A DNA stretch of 64,000 nucleotides from Candidatus Hydrogenedentota bacterium. GTDB lineage: Bacteria > Hydrogenedentota > Hydrogenedentia > Hydrogenedentales > JAGMZX01. The DNA is taken from the NCBI GenBank assembly GCA_029556545.1, contig JAKQEQ010000153.1, forward strand, positions 43,348 through 107,347, in the 5' to 3' direction. Every line of letters begins with the position of its first letter. The first letter of the stretch is position 1. The notes beneath the pieces were generated by a model, which searched no databases, was not told the DNA's origin, and saw nothing but the letters and a program-made list of their open reading frames with translations. The translations under genes were made by a program, and so were the position numbers. Positions 9,218-18,628 of the stretch are shown piece by piece.

Positions 9218-10681
9218 ATGAGCGATTCGAAGAAACTCACGAACAACGCGGGCGCGCCCGTCGTCGACAACCAGAACTCGATGACGGCCGGACCGCGGGG
9301 GCCGATGCTGCTTCAGGATGCGTGGTTCCTGGAGAAACTCGCCCATTTCGACCGGGAAGTGATTCCCGAGCGGCGCATGCACGCCAAGGGATCGGGGGCG
9401 TATGGGGTTTTCACCGTGACCCATGACATCACGCGGTACACGAAGGCCAAGATTTTCTCCGCCGTCGGGAAGAAGACCGACCTCTTTGTCCGTTTCTCGA
9501 CGGTCGCCGGGGAGCGGGGCGCGGCGGACGCCGAGCGCGACATTCGCGGGTTCGCCATCAAGTTCTATACCGAGGAAGGGAACTGGGACCTGGTGGGCAA
9601 CAACACCCCCGTGTTCTTTCTGCGCGACCCGCTGAAATTCCCCGACTTGAACCACGCGGTGAAACGCGACCCCCGCACCAATCTGCGCAGCGCGCTGAAC
9701 AACTGGGACTTCTGGACGTCGCTGCCGGAAGCGCTGCATCAGGTAACCGTCGTGATGAGCGACCGGGGAATTCCAGCGACGTATCGGCATATGCACGGTT
9801 TCGGCAGCCATACCTTCAGCATGATTAACGACCGGAAGGAGCGGTTCTGGGTCAAGTTTCACCTCCACACGCAGCAGGGCATCAAGAACCTCACGGACGC
9901 TGAGGCCGAGGCGATTATCGGCAAGTGCCGCGAGAGCCATCAGCGCGACCTCTACGAGAGCATCGAGAAGCGCGACTTTCCCCGCTGGACCATGAGCATC
10001 CAGGTCATGCCCGAAGAAGAGGCGGCAACCTGCCCGTACCATCCGTTCGACCTTACCAAGGTCTGGTATCACAAGGATTACCCGCTCATCGAGGTGGGGG
10101 TTCTCGAACTGAACCGCAACCCCGAGAATTACTTCGCCGAGGTCGAGCAAGCCGCCTTTAACCCCGCGAACATCGTTCCCGGCATCGGTTTCTCGCCCGA
10201 CAAGATGCTCCAGGGACGCCTGTTCTCCTACGGGGACGCCCAGCGCTATCGACTTGGCGTGAACCACCACCTGATCCCGGTGAACCGCGCGCGCTGCCCA
10301 TTCCACAGCTACCACCGCGACGGCGCGATGCGCGTGGACGGCAATTACGGCAGCACGCTCGGGTACGAGCCGAACAGCTACGGCGAATGGCGGGAACAAC
10401 CGGAATTCGCGGAGCCGCCGCTGGCGCTCGAAGGCGCGGCCGACCACTGGAATTACCGCGACGACGATGACGACTACTACACGCAGCCGGGCAAGCTCTT
10501 CCGACTGATGTCCCCGGAACAGCAGCAAGCCCTCTTCGGCAACACGGCACGAGCCATGGGCGACGCGCCCAAGGAGATCAAGATACGCCACATCGGCAAC
10601 TGCCTGAAGGCCGACCCCGCCTACGGCAAGGGCGTCGCCGACGCGCTGGGTATCTCGTTGAGCGAGGTGCCCCAAACGTAA
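9218..10681 (+). CDS. katA: Monofunctional haem catalase (small-subunit, clade 3 type)
   Basis: The ORF runs 9134..10681. The internal ATG at 9218 ([15 protein letters not shown]) is preceded by AAGAGGAG. Catalase core motifs are present: …RERIPERVVHAKG-like [33 protein letters not shown]. Confidence 0.9.
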   Translation: MSDSKKLTNNAGAPVVDNQNSMTAGPRGPMLLQDAWFLEKLAHFDREVIPERRMHAKGSGAYGVFTVTHDITRYTKAKIFSAVGKKTDLFVRFSTVAGERGAADAERDIRGFAIKFYTEEGNWDLVGNNTPVFFLRDPLKFPDLNHAVKRDPRTNLRSALNNWDFWTSLPEALHQVTVVMSDRGIPATYRHMHGFGSHTFSMINDRKERFWVKFHLHTQQGIKNLTDAEAEAIIGKCRESHQRDLYESIEKRDFPRWTMSIQVMPEEEAATCPYHPFDLTKVWYHKDYPLIEVGVLELNRNPENYFAEVEQAAFNPANIVPGIGFSPDKMLQGRLFSYGDAQRYRLGVNHHLIPVNRARCPFHSYHRDGAMRVDGNYGSTLGYEPNSYGEWREQPEFAEPPLALEGAADHWNYRDDDDDYYTQPGKLFRLMSPEQQQALFGNTARAMGDAPKEIKIRHIGNCLKADPAYGKGVADALGISLSEVPQT

Positions 10682-10821
10682 TGAGATAGATTCCAGAACA
10701 TCCTCTTTACCCGGGGGGCTGCCCGCACGCGCAGGTAGCCCCTCGTGCACAATCGCTTCTTGTATTCGCCTCGCGGCCCTGCGAGAATAGCGCGCGTCGA
10801 GGACTGGGAGGGCGAAGGTCG

Positions 10822-13800
10822 GTGCAACCTGTCTTACACTATCTGCGCGAGATCGAAGAGCAACTCGCCACCGGGCTCGCGACGGAGCATTCGCACCGCG
10901 CCGCATTGCAGCGTCTGGTCCATGCGCTCGGGAAAGACGTGCTCGCCACCAACGAGCCCGCGCGCACGGCCTGCGGCGCGCCCGATTACATCGTTACCCG
11001 CGCGGGAACCATCATCGGTTACATCGAGGCGAAGGACCTCGGGGCGGACCTGAACCAGGTCGAGCGGAGCGAACAACTGGCCCGCTACCTCGACGGACTG
11101 CCCAACCTCATACTCACCGACTATCTCGAATTTCGCTTGTACCACGGCGGGCGCTTCGCGATGGATGCGCGCCTGGCGCGTCTAGACGCCAAGGGCGCGC
11201 TGTGCCCGGACGCAACGGGGCCGGTGGCGCTTGCACGGCTCTTCGACAGCTTCTTCACCGCCGCACCACCGCCCATGGCCACGCCGCAGAACCTCGCGCA
11301 GCGGATGGCGGCCACCGCGCGCCTTCTCTGCGAAGTCATCGGCCGCGTGCTCGAGGATGAGAGCGAGACGGGCGGGCTGCACGGTCAATTGGAGGCGTTT
11401 CGGCGCGTGCTGCTGCACGAACTCGAAGCGGCGCAGTTCGCCGACATGTACGCGCAGACCATCTGCTACGGCCTCTTCGCCGCACGGTGCAACCACAAGG
11501 ACGCGCGCGGGCCGTTCACGCGCGAGGCGGCGGTTCATGAGCTTCCCGAGACGAATCCCTTTCTCCGGCAGATGTTCGGGCATATCGCGGGCCCGGAACT
11601 CGACACGCGCCTCGCGTGGGCCGTCGATCAACTGGCCCAGATGCTCGACCGCGCCGACATGGGCGAGATTCTGCGCGATTTCGGGCGTCGCACGCGCCAG
11701 GAAGACCCGGTGGTCCATTTCTACGAGACCTTTCTCGCGGCTTATGACCCGAGCCTGCGCGAGACCCGCGGGGTGTATTACACGCCCGAGCCGGTTGTCT
11801 CCTACATCGTACGGTCCGTCGACGGCATCCTGAAGCGGGACTTCGGCATCGAGGACGGCCTCGCGGCGACAGACAAGGTTCCGGTCTACGAGACGCATGT
11901 CCCCAACGGCAGCAGGACCTCGAAGGCCGTGCGCAAGAAGGTGGGCGAGGTCCACAAAGTCTTGATTCTTGATCCCGCCGCCGGCACGGGCACGTTCCTG
12001 CACGGCGTGGTGGACCAGATTCACGAAACCGTCGTGACCAAGCGCGGCAAGGGCATCTGGAACGGCTACGTCTCCGAGCATCTCCTGCCGCGTCTCTTCG
12101 GCTTTGAACTGCTCATGGCGCCTTATGCCGTCGCCCACATGAAACTGGGCATACAACTCGCCGAAACCGGCTACGCCTTCCAGAGTGGCGAGCGGCTGCG
12201 GGTCTACCTGACCAACACGCTCGAAGAGGCGTTTGAACTGGGCGGCCTGCCGCTCTTCGCGCATATTATCGCGGAAGAGGCCAACGCCGCCGGCCGCGTC
12301 AAGACACGGCATCCAGTCATGGTCGTGCTGGGCAACCCGCCGTATTCGGGCCACTCGGCGAACAAGGGCGCGTGGATCGCACACCTGCTACGCGGCACGG
12401 ATACGACCTCCGGCGAACGCACCGGGAACTACTTCGAGGTGGACGGGCAACCGCTCGGTGAGCGTAACCCGAAGTGGCTCAACGACGACTACGTGAAATT
12501 CATCCGCTTCGCCCAATGGCGCATCGAGCGAACCGGTTACGGCATTCTCGCGTTCATCAGCAATCACAGCTACCTCGACAACCCGACTTTCCGGGGCATG
12601 CGGCAGAGCCTCATGGAGACCTTCGACGACATCTACCTCCTCGACCTGCACGGCAACGCGAAGAAGAAGGAGGTCGCGCCGGACGGTTCGAAGGACGAGA
12701 ACGTATTCGATATCCAGCAGGGCGTGGCCATCGGCATCTTCGTCAAGCGCAAGAACGGCCCGAAGCGCCGGCTTGCGCTGGTGCGCCATGCGGACTTGTG
12801 GGGCGCGCGGGAGCTCTATGAGCGAACCCCTGACGGCGCGCCACGCCTCGTCGGCGGCAAGCACCGGGCGCTATACGATAGCAACGTGAAATCGACCAAG
12901 TGGACGCGGCTCAAGCCGGAAAGCCCCTTCTACCTGTTCGTGCCGCAAGATACGAAGCGGCTCGAGGAATACAAGGCCGGCCGGAGCATCCCCAAACTGA
13001 TGCCGGTGAATTGCGTGGGCATCGTCACCGCGCGCGACCACCTGACCATTCGATGGAGCGCCGACGAGGTATGGAAGACTGTGCGGGAATTCGCAGGTCT
13101 CCCCCCCGAGACGGCACGGGAACGATTTCGGCTTGGACCGGACGCACGGGACTGGAAGGTCCATCTGGCGCAAGCGTCCGTTCGGGAGTCCGGCCCGACA
13201 CGGGACCATCTGCGACGCATACTCTACCGGCCTTTCGACGTGCGCTGGACCTACTACACCGCCCAGTCGCGCGGTTTCCTGTGCAAGCCGCGCGGCAAGG
13301 TCATGCGCCACATGATCGAGGGCGAGAATCTGGGGTTGTCCACCACGCGCTCGATAGAGATTGGGCGCGGCTGGGAACACGTTTTCTGCACGCGCGAAAT
13401 GATCCAGCATCATACGGTATCAATTAAAGAGGTGAATTACCTTTTCCCGCTCTATCTCTACCCGAAGAACAGGGACGAGGTGGACGACCTCGAGGAGTGG
13501 GGCGCGCGCGAGGCGGCGGCGGAGTACGGCGGCCGGCGCAGGCCGAATCTGGACCCGACGCTTATGGACGAATTGGCGCGGCGGCTGAAGATGGCCTTCA
13601 TCGAGGCCGGGACAGGCGATCTGACGAAGACCTTCGGGCCGGAGAACGTGTTCCATTACGTGTACGCCGTCCTCCATTCACCGTCTTATCGCGCGCGCTA
13701 TGCCGAGTTTCTCAAGCGCGATTTTCCGCGCGTCCCTTTCACGTCGAAGGCGAGACTGTTTCGGGCGCTCTGCGCGCACGGCGCGCGCCTCGTACAGTTG

Positions 13801-14130
13801 CACCTGCTCGAAGCGTCGCCGCAAGGCGGGTTTCTGTATCCCGAGCCCGGCCATAACACAGTGGACACGCCGCGCTACGTGGCGGCGCAAGGCCGCGTGT
13901 ACATCAACCAGACGCAGTACTTTGAGGGCGTCGCCGAAGACGTGTGGAACTTTCACATCGGCGGCTATCAGGTCTGCGAGAAGTGGCTGAAAGACCGGAA
14001 GGGCCGCGCGCTCGACTACGAGGACATCGCGCGTTACATAAGCATCCTCGGCGTGCTGACGGAGACCTTGGCCCTCATGAAAGACATCGACGCCGCCATC
14101 ATGAAGGACGGCGGTTGGCCCCTGGGCTGA
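10822..14130 (+). CDS. Single-chain Type IIG/IIL restriction-modification enzyme (MmeI-like: N-terminal D…ExK nuclease plus gamma-class N6-adenine MTase plus C-terminal specificity region)
   Basis: 1102 aa. The N-terminus (…PDYIVTRAGTIIGYIEAKDLGADL…) matches the D-x(n)-E-x-K arrangement of the MmeI family. The SAM-binding motif I is LILDPAAGTGTFL and motif IV is GNPPYSG (about nt 12331-12351). The C-terminal 500 aa have no catalytic motifs, consistent with a target-recognition region. GTG start. Confidence 0.7.
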   Translation: MQPVLHYLREIEEQLATGLATEHSHRAALQRLVHALGKDVLATNEPARTACGAPDYIVTRAGTIIGYIEAKDLGADLNQVERSEQLARYLDGLPNLILTDYLEFRLYHGGRFAMDARLARLDAKGALCPDATGPVALARLFDSFFTAAPPPMATPQNLAQRMAATARLLCEVIGRVLEDESETGGLHGQLEAFRRVLLHELEAAQFADMYAQTICYGLFAARCNHKDARGPFTREAAVHELPETNPFLRQMFGHIAGPELDTRLAWAVDQLAQMLDRADMGEILRDFGRRTRQEDPVVHFYETFLAAYDPSLRETRGVYYTPEPVVSYIVRSVDGILKRDFGIEDGLAATDKVPVYETHVPNGSRTSKAVRKKVGEVHKVLILDPAAGTGTFLHGVVDQIHETVVTKRGKGIWNGYVSEHLLPRLFGFELLMAPYAVAHMKLGIQLAETGYAFQSGERLRVYLTNTLEEAFELGGLPLFAHIIAEEANAAGRVKTRHPVMVVLGNPPYSGHSANKGAWIAHLLRGTDTTSGERTGNYFEVDGQPLGERNPKWLNDDYVKFIRFAQWRIERTGYGILAFISNHSYLDNPTFRGMRQSLMETFDDIYLLDLHGNAKKKEVAPDGSKDENVFDIQQGVAIGIFVKRKNGPKRRLALVRHADLWGARELYERTPDGAPRLVGGKHRALYDSNVKSTKWTRLKPESPFYLFVPQDTKRLEEYKAGRSIPKLMPVNCVGIVTARDHLTIRWSADEVWKTVREFAGLPPETARERFRLGPDARDWKVHLAQASVRESGPTRDHLRRILYRPFDVRWTYYTAQSRGFLCKPRGKVMRHMIEGENLGLSTTRSIEIGRGWEHVFCTREMIQHHTVSIKEVNYLFPLYLYPKNRDEVDDLEEWGAREAAAEYGGRRRPNLDPTLMDELARRLKMAFIEAGTGDLTKTFGPENVFHYVYAVLHSPSYRARYAEFLKRDFPRVPFTSKARLFRALCAHGARLVQLHLLEASPQGGFLYPEPGHNTVDTPRYVAAQGRVYINQTQYFEGVAEDVWNFHIGGYQVCEKWLKDRKGRALDYEDIARYISILGVLTETLALMKDIDAAIMKDGGWPLG

Positions 14131-14141
14131 ATTGCGGCTTT

Positions 14142-14168
14142 CCCGCCCCCGAGCGCGAGGGGGGCGGG
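14142..14168 (+). terminator. GC-rich hairpin downstream of the MmeI-like gene (CCCGCCCCCGAGCGCGAGGGGGGCGGG)
   Basis: An 11-bp perfect stem (CCCGCCCCC… / …GGGGGCGGG) 12 nt after the TGA. No immediate U-tract, so it may act as a Rho-dependent or weak intrinsic terminator. Confidence 0.35.
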
Positions 14169-14202
14169 ACCGGCGCGGGCTGCGATACGTTTCGCGCGGC
14201 AT

Positions 14203-14232
14203 TTGACTCTTGTCGAGTTTACTTGCTATTCT
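14203..14232 (+). promoter_or_regulatory. Candidate sigma-70 promoter of rpsA (-35 TTGACT, -10 TATTCT)
   Basis: TTGACT at 14203-14208, then an 18-nt spacer, then TATTCT at 14227-14232, in a locally AT-richer stretch. This also argues that the track's TTG start at 14210 is not the real start. Confidence 0.4.
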
Positions 14233-14287
14233 ATCTGACCGCCCAAGCCGGGCAAATTCTATGTTTCAAAGGAGATGCAAGATTGTC

Positions 14288-16447
14288 ATGAGTAACGAAC
14301 AACAGGACGTGCAAAGCACACAACCGGCTGCGGCCGCCGCGGCGACCGATTTAGCCAACACCCTCGCGTACGACGATGATGAGGCCCTCGGCCTCGAGAC
14401 CGAATCCCTTTCCATGGCGGAAATGGAAGCGCTGTACGATGAGACCATGCGCAACTTCAGGGAAGGCGAGGTGGTCAGGGGCAGCATCGTCGAGATCACC
14501 GACGACCGCGTGCTTGTGGACATCGGCTACAAGAGCGAAGGGGTCGTCAGCATTACGGAGTTTCCGCCGGAAGCAGAGATCAAGCCGGGCGACACCTTCG
14601 ATTTCTACATCGACGAACCGGAAGACGAGGAGGGGTTGCCCGTCCTCTCGAAGATGAAGGCGGACCGGATCAAGAACTGGGAGAAGGTCCAGGCGGTGTA
14701 CGAGGATGACGGCATCATCGAGGGCGTGATCACGCGACGGGTCAAGGGCGGCCTGAAGGTGGATATCGGCATCGACGCGTTTATGCCGGCCAGCCAGCTT
14801 ACGTTCCGTCCGACGGGCGACCTCGAGCGTTACATCGGCCAGAAGATGGAGTTCAAGATCATCAAGCTGACGAAGCGCAGGCGGAATGTGGTAGTCAGCC
14901 GCCGCAAGCTCTTGGAGGAGCAGCGCGCGGGCGAGAAGAGCCGCCTGCTGGAAACGATTCACGTGGGGCAGATTCTCCCCGGCGAGATCAAGAATATCAC
15001 GGACTTCGGCGCCTTCGTGGACGTGGGCGGCATCGACGGGCTGTTGCACGTGACGGACATGAGCTGGGGCCGCGTGAAACATCCGTCCCAGGTCGTCCAG
15101 GTGGGTCAACGGATCGAGGTCATGGTGCTCAGTTTCGACCCGCAGTCGGAGCGCATCAGCCTCGGCCTCAAACAGAAGAGCGAGAACCCGTGGAAGACCG
15201 CCGCGGAGCGGTATCCGGTCGGCAACGTCGTGCACGGGCGTGTGGTCAGCATGACGGACTACGGCGCGTTTGTGCAGTTGGAGGACGGCATCGAGGGCAT
15301 GGTGCACGTGAGCGAGATGAGCTGGACGCGGCGCGTGCGGCACCCGAACGAGATGCTCAGCATCGATGACGAAGTGCCGGTCATGATCCTCAGCGTCGAC
15401 GCCGATGCGGAGAAGATCGCGTTGGGCATCAAGCAGACGCAGCCGAACCCCTGGCGTGAGATCGGGCAGAAATATCCGGTCGGATCGATCGTGAAGGGCA
15501 CGGTGCGCAACATGACGGACTACGGCGCGTTCGTGCAGCTCGAAGAGGGCATCGATGGGCTCCTGCACGTCAGCGACATGTCCTGGACGAAGAAAGTGAA
15601 CCATCCGTCCGAGCTGATCGAGCGGAACCAGGAACTCGAAGTCAAGGTGCTCAGCATCGACCCCGAGAACGAGAAGATCAGCGTCGGGCTGAAGCAGCTT
15701 ATGGAAGACCCGTGGCTCGCGGTGGTGCAAGGATTGCCGATCGGGAGTCACGTCGAGGTCGAGATCGCGAAGCTCGTCAGCTTCGGCGCGTTTGCGCGGC
15801 TGGACAACGGCATCGAGGGGCTGATTCACGTGAGTGAACTGTCGACCGAGCGGGTGCAGAAACCCGAGGAGGCGGTGGCGGTCGGCGACAAATTGATGGC
15901 GAAAGTGATCAGCATCGATCCGGTCGAACGCAAGATCGGCCTGAGCGTGCGGGAATATCAGCGCGATCAGGATCGGCAGCTTCAGGATGACTATCGCGAG
16001 GGCGCGGAAGGCGAGCGCGTGGACGTGGCCGCGGCGATGCGCGGCGCCGTGCCCGCCAACATGATCCAGGCAGGCCGCAGCCTCGCCGACGTGGCCACGG
16101 AACTCATGGCCGCCGTCGCGCGCGGCACCGAAGCCGCCCGCCAGGAACAGGCGGCGGCAGCGGCGGCGGAAGCCGCGGAGGCCGCGGAGGCGGAAGCCGT
16201 GGAGGCCGCGCCCGCGGAAGCTGCGGAGGCCGCGCCCGCGGAAGCCGTGGAGCCCGCGGCGGCGGAAGCCGTGGAGCCCGTGCCGACAGAGCCGGAGCCC
16301 GCGCGTGCCGAAGCGGAAGCCGGGCCGAGCGCGCCTGTGGAGGACGCAGCCGAAGAGGTCACGGCGCCCGCCGCCGAAGACGCCTCTTCGGAGTCGGTAG
16401 TACGGACGCCGGAGGAAGATGCGGCGTCAGACTCGACTAACGCCTGA
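14288..16447 (+). CDS. rpsA: 30S ribosomal protein S1 with an extended low-complexity C-terminal tail
   Basis: Six S1/OB repeats (repeated …GxVxxITDFGAFVDxxGIDGLLHVSDMSW… blocks). ATG at 14288 preceded by AAAGGAG. The last ~100 aa are Ala/Glu/Pro-rich. Confidence 0.9.
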   Translation: MSNEQQDVQSTQPAAAAAATDLANTLAYDDDEALGLETESLSMAEMEALYDETMRNFREGEVVRGSIVEITDDRVLVDIGYKSEGVVSITEFPPEAEIKPGDTFDFYIDEPEDEEGLPVLSKMKADRIKNWEKVQAVYEDDGIIEGVITRRVKGGLKVDIGIDAFMPASQLTFRPTGDLERYIGQKMEFKIIKLTKRRRNVVVSRRKLLEEQRAGEKSRLLETIHVGQILPGEIKNITDFGAFVDVGGIDGLLHVTDMSWGRVKHPSQVVQVGQRIEVMVLSFDPQSERISLGLKQKSENPWKTAAERYPVGNVVHGRVVSMTDYGAFVQLEDGIEGMVHVSEMSWTRRVRHPNEMLSIDDEVPVMILSVDADAEKIALGIKQTQPNPWREIGQKYPVGSIVKGTVRNMTDYGAFVQLEEGIDGLLHVSDMSWTKKVNHPSELIERNQELEVKVLSIDPENEKISVGLKQLMEDPWLAVVQGLPIGSHVEVEIAKLVSFGAFARLDNGIEGLIHVSELSTERVQKPEEAVAVGDKLMAKVISIDPVERKIGLSVREYQRDQDRQLQDDYREGAEGERVDVAAAMRGAVPANMIQAGRSLADVATELMAAVARGTEAARQEQAAAAAAEAAEAAEAEAVEAAPAEAAEAAPAEAVEPAAAEAVEPVPTEPEPARAEAEAGPSAPVEDAAEEVTAPAAEDASSESVVRTPEEDAASDSTNA
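16169..16288 (+). repeat. Five tandem 24-bp repeats (GAAGCCGTGGAGGCCGCGCCCGCG-like) inside the rpsA 3' end
   Basis: Read directly: units at 16169, 16193, 16217, 16241 and 16265 encode EAAEAA / EAVEAAPA / EAAEAAPA / EAVEPAAA / EAVEPVPT. This is a coding repeat, not a CRISPR array (no spacers). Confidence 0.7.
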
Positions 16448-16482
16448 CGATACGTTTCGATATTTACCCCTTGAACGAGTCA

Positions 16483-16519
16483 AGAGCGCCGCGCGTCACG
16501 TCGCGGTGCTCTTTGTTTG
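16483..16519 (+). terminator. Intrinsic terminator after rpsA
   Basis: AGAGCGCCGCG-cgtcacgt-CGCGGTGCTCT hairpin (one G·U wobble pair) followed by TTGTTTG. Confidence 0.55.
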
Positions 16520-16627
16520 AATCGGGCGCGCTGGAAGCAGCCGCCCCAGGATCGGTGTTACACAGGATATGACATGGGGCAACGGCCCGCCGGCCGGGCG
16601 GTGTCGTGATCCATGAGGAGACCAGGA

Positions 16628-18445
16628 ATGGCAGTGCAACCTAAGACGGACCAGTCGGTGGGCAAGCAGATGTCCGGCGCGGACATGATTATCCACGTGC
16701 TGGCCGAGCAAGGCATCGACACGATTTTCGGATACAGCGGCGGGGCTATCCTGCCGACTTATGACGCGATCTTCCGCTACAATCGGGAGAACCCGGACAA
16801 TACGCTGAACCTTGTGGTGCCCGCGAACGAGCAGGGGGCCGGCTTCATGGCGGCGGGCTACTCGCGCGCGACGGGCAAGGTGGGCGTCTCGCTCGTCACT
16901 TCGGGCCCGGCTGCAACCAACAGTGTGACGCCGGTGCGCGACTGCATGGCGGACTCGGTGCCGATGGTGCTGATCTGCGGGCAGGTCGCGCGCGCGGCGG
17001 TCGGCACTGACGCCTTTCAGGAGGCGCCGGTCTTCAGCATCATGAGCTCGTGTGCGAAGCACGTCTTCCTCGTGAAGGACGAGCGGGAACTTGAGGCCAC
17101 CGTGCGCACCGCTTTCGAGATCGCCCGCAGCGGGCGGCCGGGGCCCGTCGTCGTCGATGTGCCGAAGGACGTTCAGAACTACATCGGTGTGTATCAGGGC
17201 GCCGGCATGTTGCCGCTGCACGGGTATCAGCGACGGCTGGAGCTCATCAACGGGTCCCGCGTCGCCGACGGTCACGCGGCGAGGTTCTTCGAACTCCTTG
17301 GCGCGGCGAAGCGCCCGCTGATCTATGCGGGCGGCGGCGTCATTCTGGGCGACGCGGCCCAGGAACTGCGCGCGTTCGCCGAGCATTTCCAGATTCCCGT
17401 CGTTACGACGCTCATGGGCATCGGCGCGCTCGACACCGCCGGCGATTTGTGCCTGCGCATGCTCGGCATGCACGGCATGGCCTACGCCAATTACGCGGTC
17501 ATGGATTGCGACTTTCTCTTCGCGGTCGGCGCGCGCTTCGACGACCGGGTCTGCGCCGTGCCGAAGAAATTCGCGGGGAACGCGAAGATCGCGCACGTGG
17601 ACATCGACGCCGCGGAGATCGGCAAGGTGAAGCAAGTGGATTGGGCGCACGTCGGGCATGCGAAAATCGCGCTGCGCGACCTGCTCGCCTATGGCCGGGA
17701 CATCAAGACGGACTTCTCGAAGTGGACGGCGCGCGCGCGCGAAATGAAGCGCCTGCACCATCAGGACTTCAATCGTGACGCGGAGATCATCCAGCCCCAG
17801 CGCGTCTGTGAACTGCTCAACGAGATCACGAAGGGCGAGGCGATCATCAGCACCGGCGTCGGCCAGCACCAGATGTTCGCGGCCCAGCACTTCGACTTCA
17901 AGGAACCGCGCATGTGGCTGACCTCGGGCAGCATGGGCACCATGGGCTTCGGGCTGCCCGCCGCCATAGGCGCGCAGTTCGGCCGCAAGGACCGCATCGT
18001 GGTGGACATCGACGGCGACGGCAGCCTCCGCATGAACATGGGCGAACTCGAAACCTGCACGACCTACAACATCCCCGTGAAGATTTTGCTCCTGAACAAC
18101 TTCGGCGACGGCATGGTCGTGCAGTGGCAGACGCTCTATTACGAGGGGCGCTTTTCGGGAACCGACAAGTCGCTTCACAAGAAGGATTTCGTCAAGGCGG
18201 CCCAGGCCGACGGCTTCGAGTTCGCGCGTCGCGTCGAGCGCGAGGAGGACCTGAAGAAGACGCTCGAAGAATTCGTGGCCTTTCCCGGTCCCGCGTTCCT
18301 CGAGGTGATCGTCGATAAGGAGGCGTTCGTGTATCCCATGGTCGGGCCGGGCATGTACTACGACCAGATGCTGACCGGCCCCTACATCACGAGCCGGGAA
18401 GCCATTGCGCGCGACGCCAAACTCGATACTTCGGACAGTTTCTGA
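16628..18445 (+). CDS. Thiamine-pyrophosphate enzyme of the acetolactate-synthase large-subunit family (standalone, no ilvN/ilvC nearby)
   Basis: About 605 aa. N-terminal Pyr domain (…GADMIIHVLAEQGIDTIFGYSGGAILP…), central FAD-like domain and C-terminal TPP motif (…GSMGTMGFGLPAAIGAQ…DGDGSLRMN…). ATG at 16628 with GAGGAG 9 nt upstream. Confidence 0.75.
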   Translation: MAVQPKTDQSVGKQMSGADMIIHVLAEQGIDTIFGYSGGAILPTYDAIFRYNRENPDNTLNLVVPANEQGAGFMAAGYSRATGKVGVSLVTSGPAATNSVTPVRDCMADSVPMVLICGQVARAAVGTDAFQEAPVFSIMSSCAKHVFLVKDERELEATVRTAFEIARSGRPGPVVVDVPKDVQNYIGVYQGAGMLPLHGYQRRLELINGSRVADGHAARFFELLGAAKRPLIYAGGGVILGDAAQELRAFAEHFQIPVVTTLMGIGALDTAGDLCLRMLGMHGMAYANYAVMDCDFLFAVGARFDDRVCAVPKKFAGNAKIAHVDIDAAEIGKVKQVDWAHVGHAKIALRDLLAYGRDIKTDFSKWTARAREMKRLHHQDFNRDAEIIQPQRVCELLNEITKGEAIISTGVGQHQMFAAQHFDFKEPRMWLTSGSMGTMGFGLPAAIGAQFGRKDRIVVDIDGDGSLRMNMGELETCTTYNIPVKILLLNNFGDGMVVQWQTLYYEGRFSGTDKSLHKKDFVKAAQADGFEFARRVEREEDLKKTLEEFVAFPGPAFLEVIVDKEAFVYPMVGPGMYYDQMLTGPYITSREAIARDAKLDTSDSF

Positions 18446-18628
18446 CCGCGGGACTCTCGGGGGCCGGCGCGCCTCGAAACGCAGCGCCGGTCCCCGTTTC
18501 CATGGCGGACGAACCGATGATTCGGGCGCGCTGTTTGATCTCCTTCGACGGCTATGTTATAAGAAATCCGCTTCGACGTTTTGATGCGTTCGATGCGTTC
18601 CACTACACGTTCCCACTGCGGGGTTTTC

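Noticed and set aside
9161-10906. Long ORFs antisense to conserved genes. Examples: 9161..10906 (-) antisense to catalase; 22323..24833 (-) antisense to the GT-C fusion; 4387..6285 (+) antisense to the PBP; 7019..8557 (+), 14351..15829 (-), 16496..18178 (-), 18641..20008 (-), 36975..39566 (+), 39563..41188 (+), 48850..50412 (+), 50866..52461 and 51122..52888 (+), 54287..55957 (-), 56463..57956 (-), 60617..61807 (-).
   Set aside because: All are Arg/Ala/Gly/Pro-rich with no motifs. They lie opposite genes with clear conserved signatures. Stop-codon scarcity in ~70% GC DNA explains them.
10822-14130. The MmeI-like gene as PglX of a BREX system.
   Set aside because: No brxA/B/C, pglZ or brxL-like genes on either side within the window, and an N-terminal D…ExK nuclease motif is present. 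Treated as a solitary Type IIG/IIL enzyme.
16169-16288. Regular 24-bp tandem repeats that might be a CRISPR array.
   Set aside because: The units are contiguous with no spacers and are in frame inside rpsA, so this is a coding low-complexity repeat.
16628-18445. Interpreting the ilvB-like gene as branched-chain amino-acid biosynthesis.
   Set aside because: No ilvN, ilvC or ilvD nearby. The family also includes sulfoacetaldehyde acetyltransferase, glyoxylate carboligase and other TPP enzymes, so only a family-level call was made.
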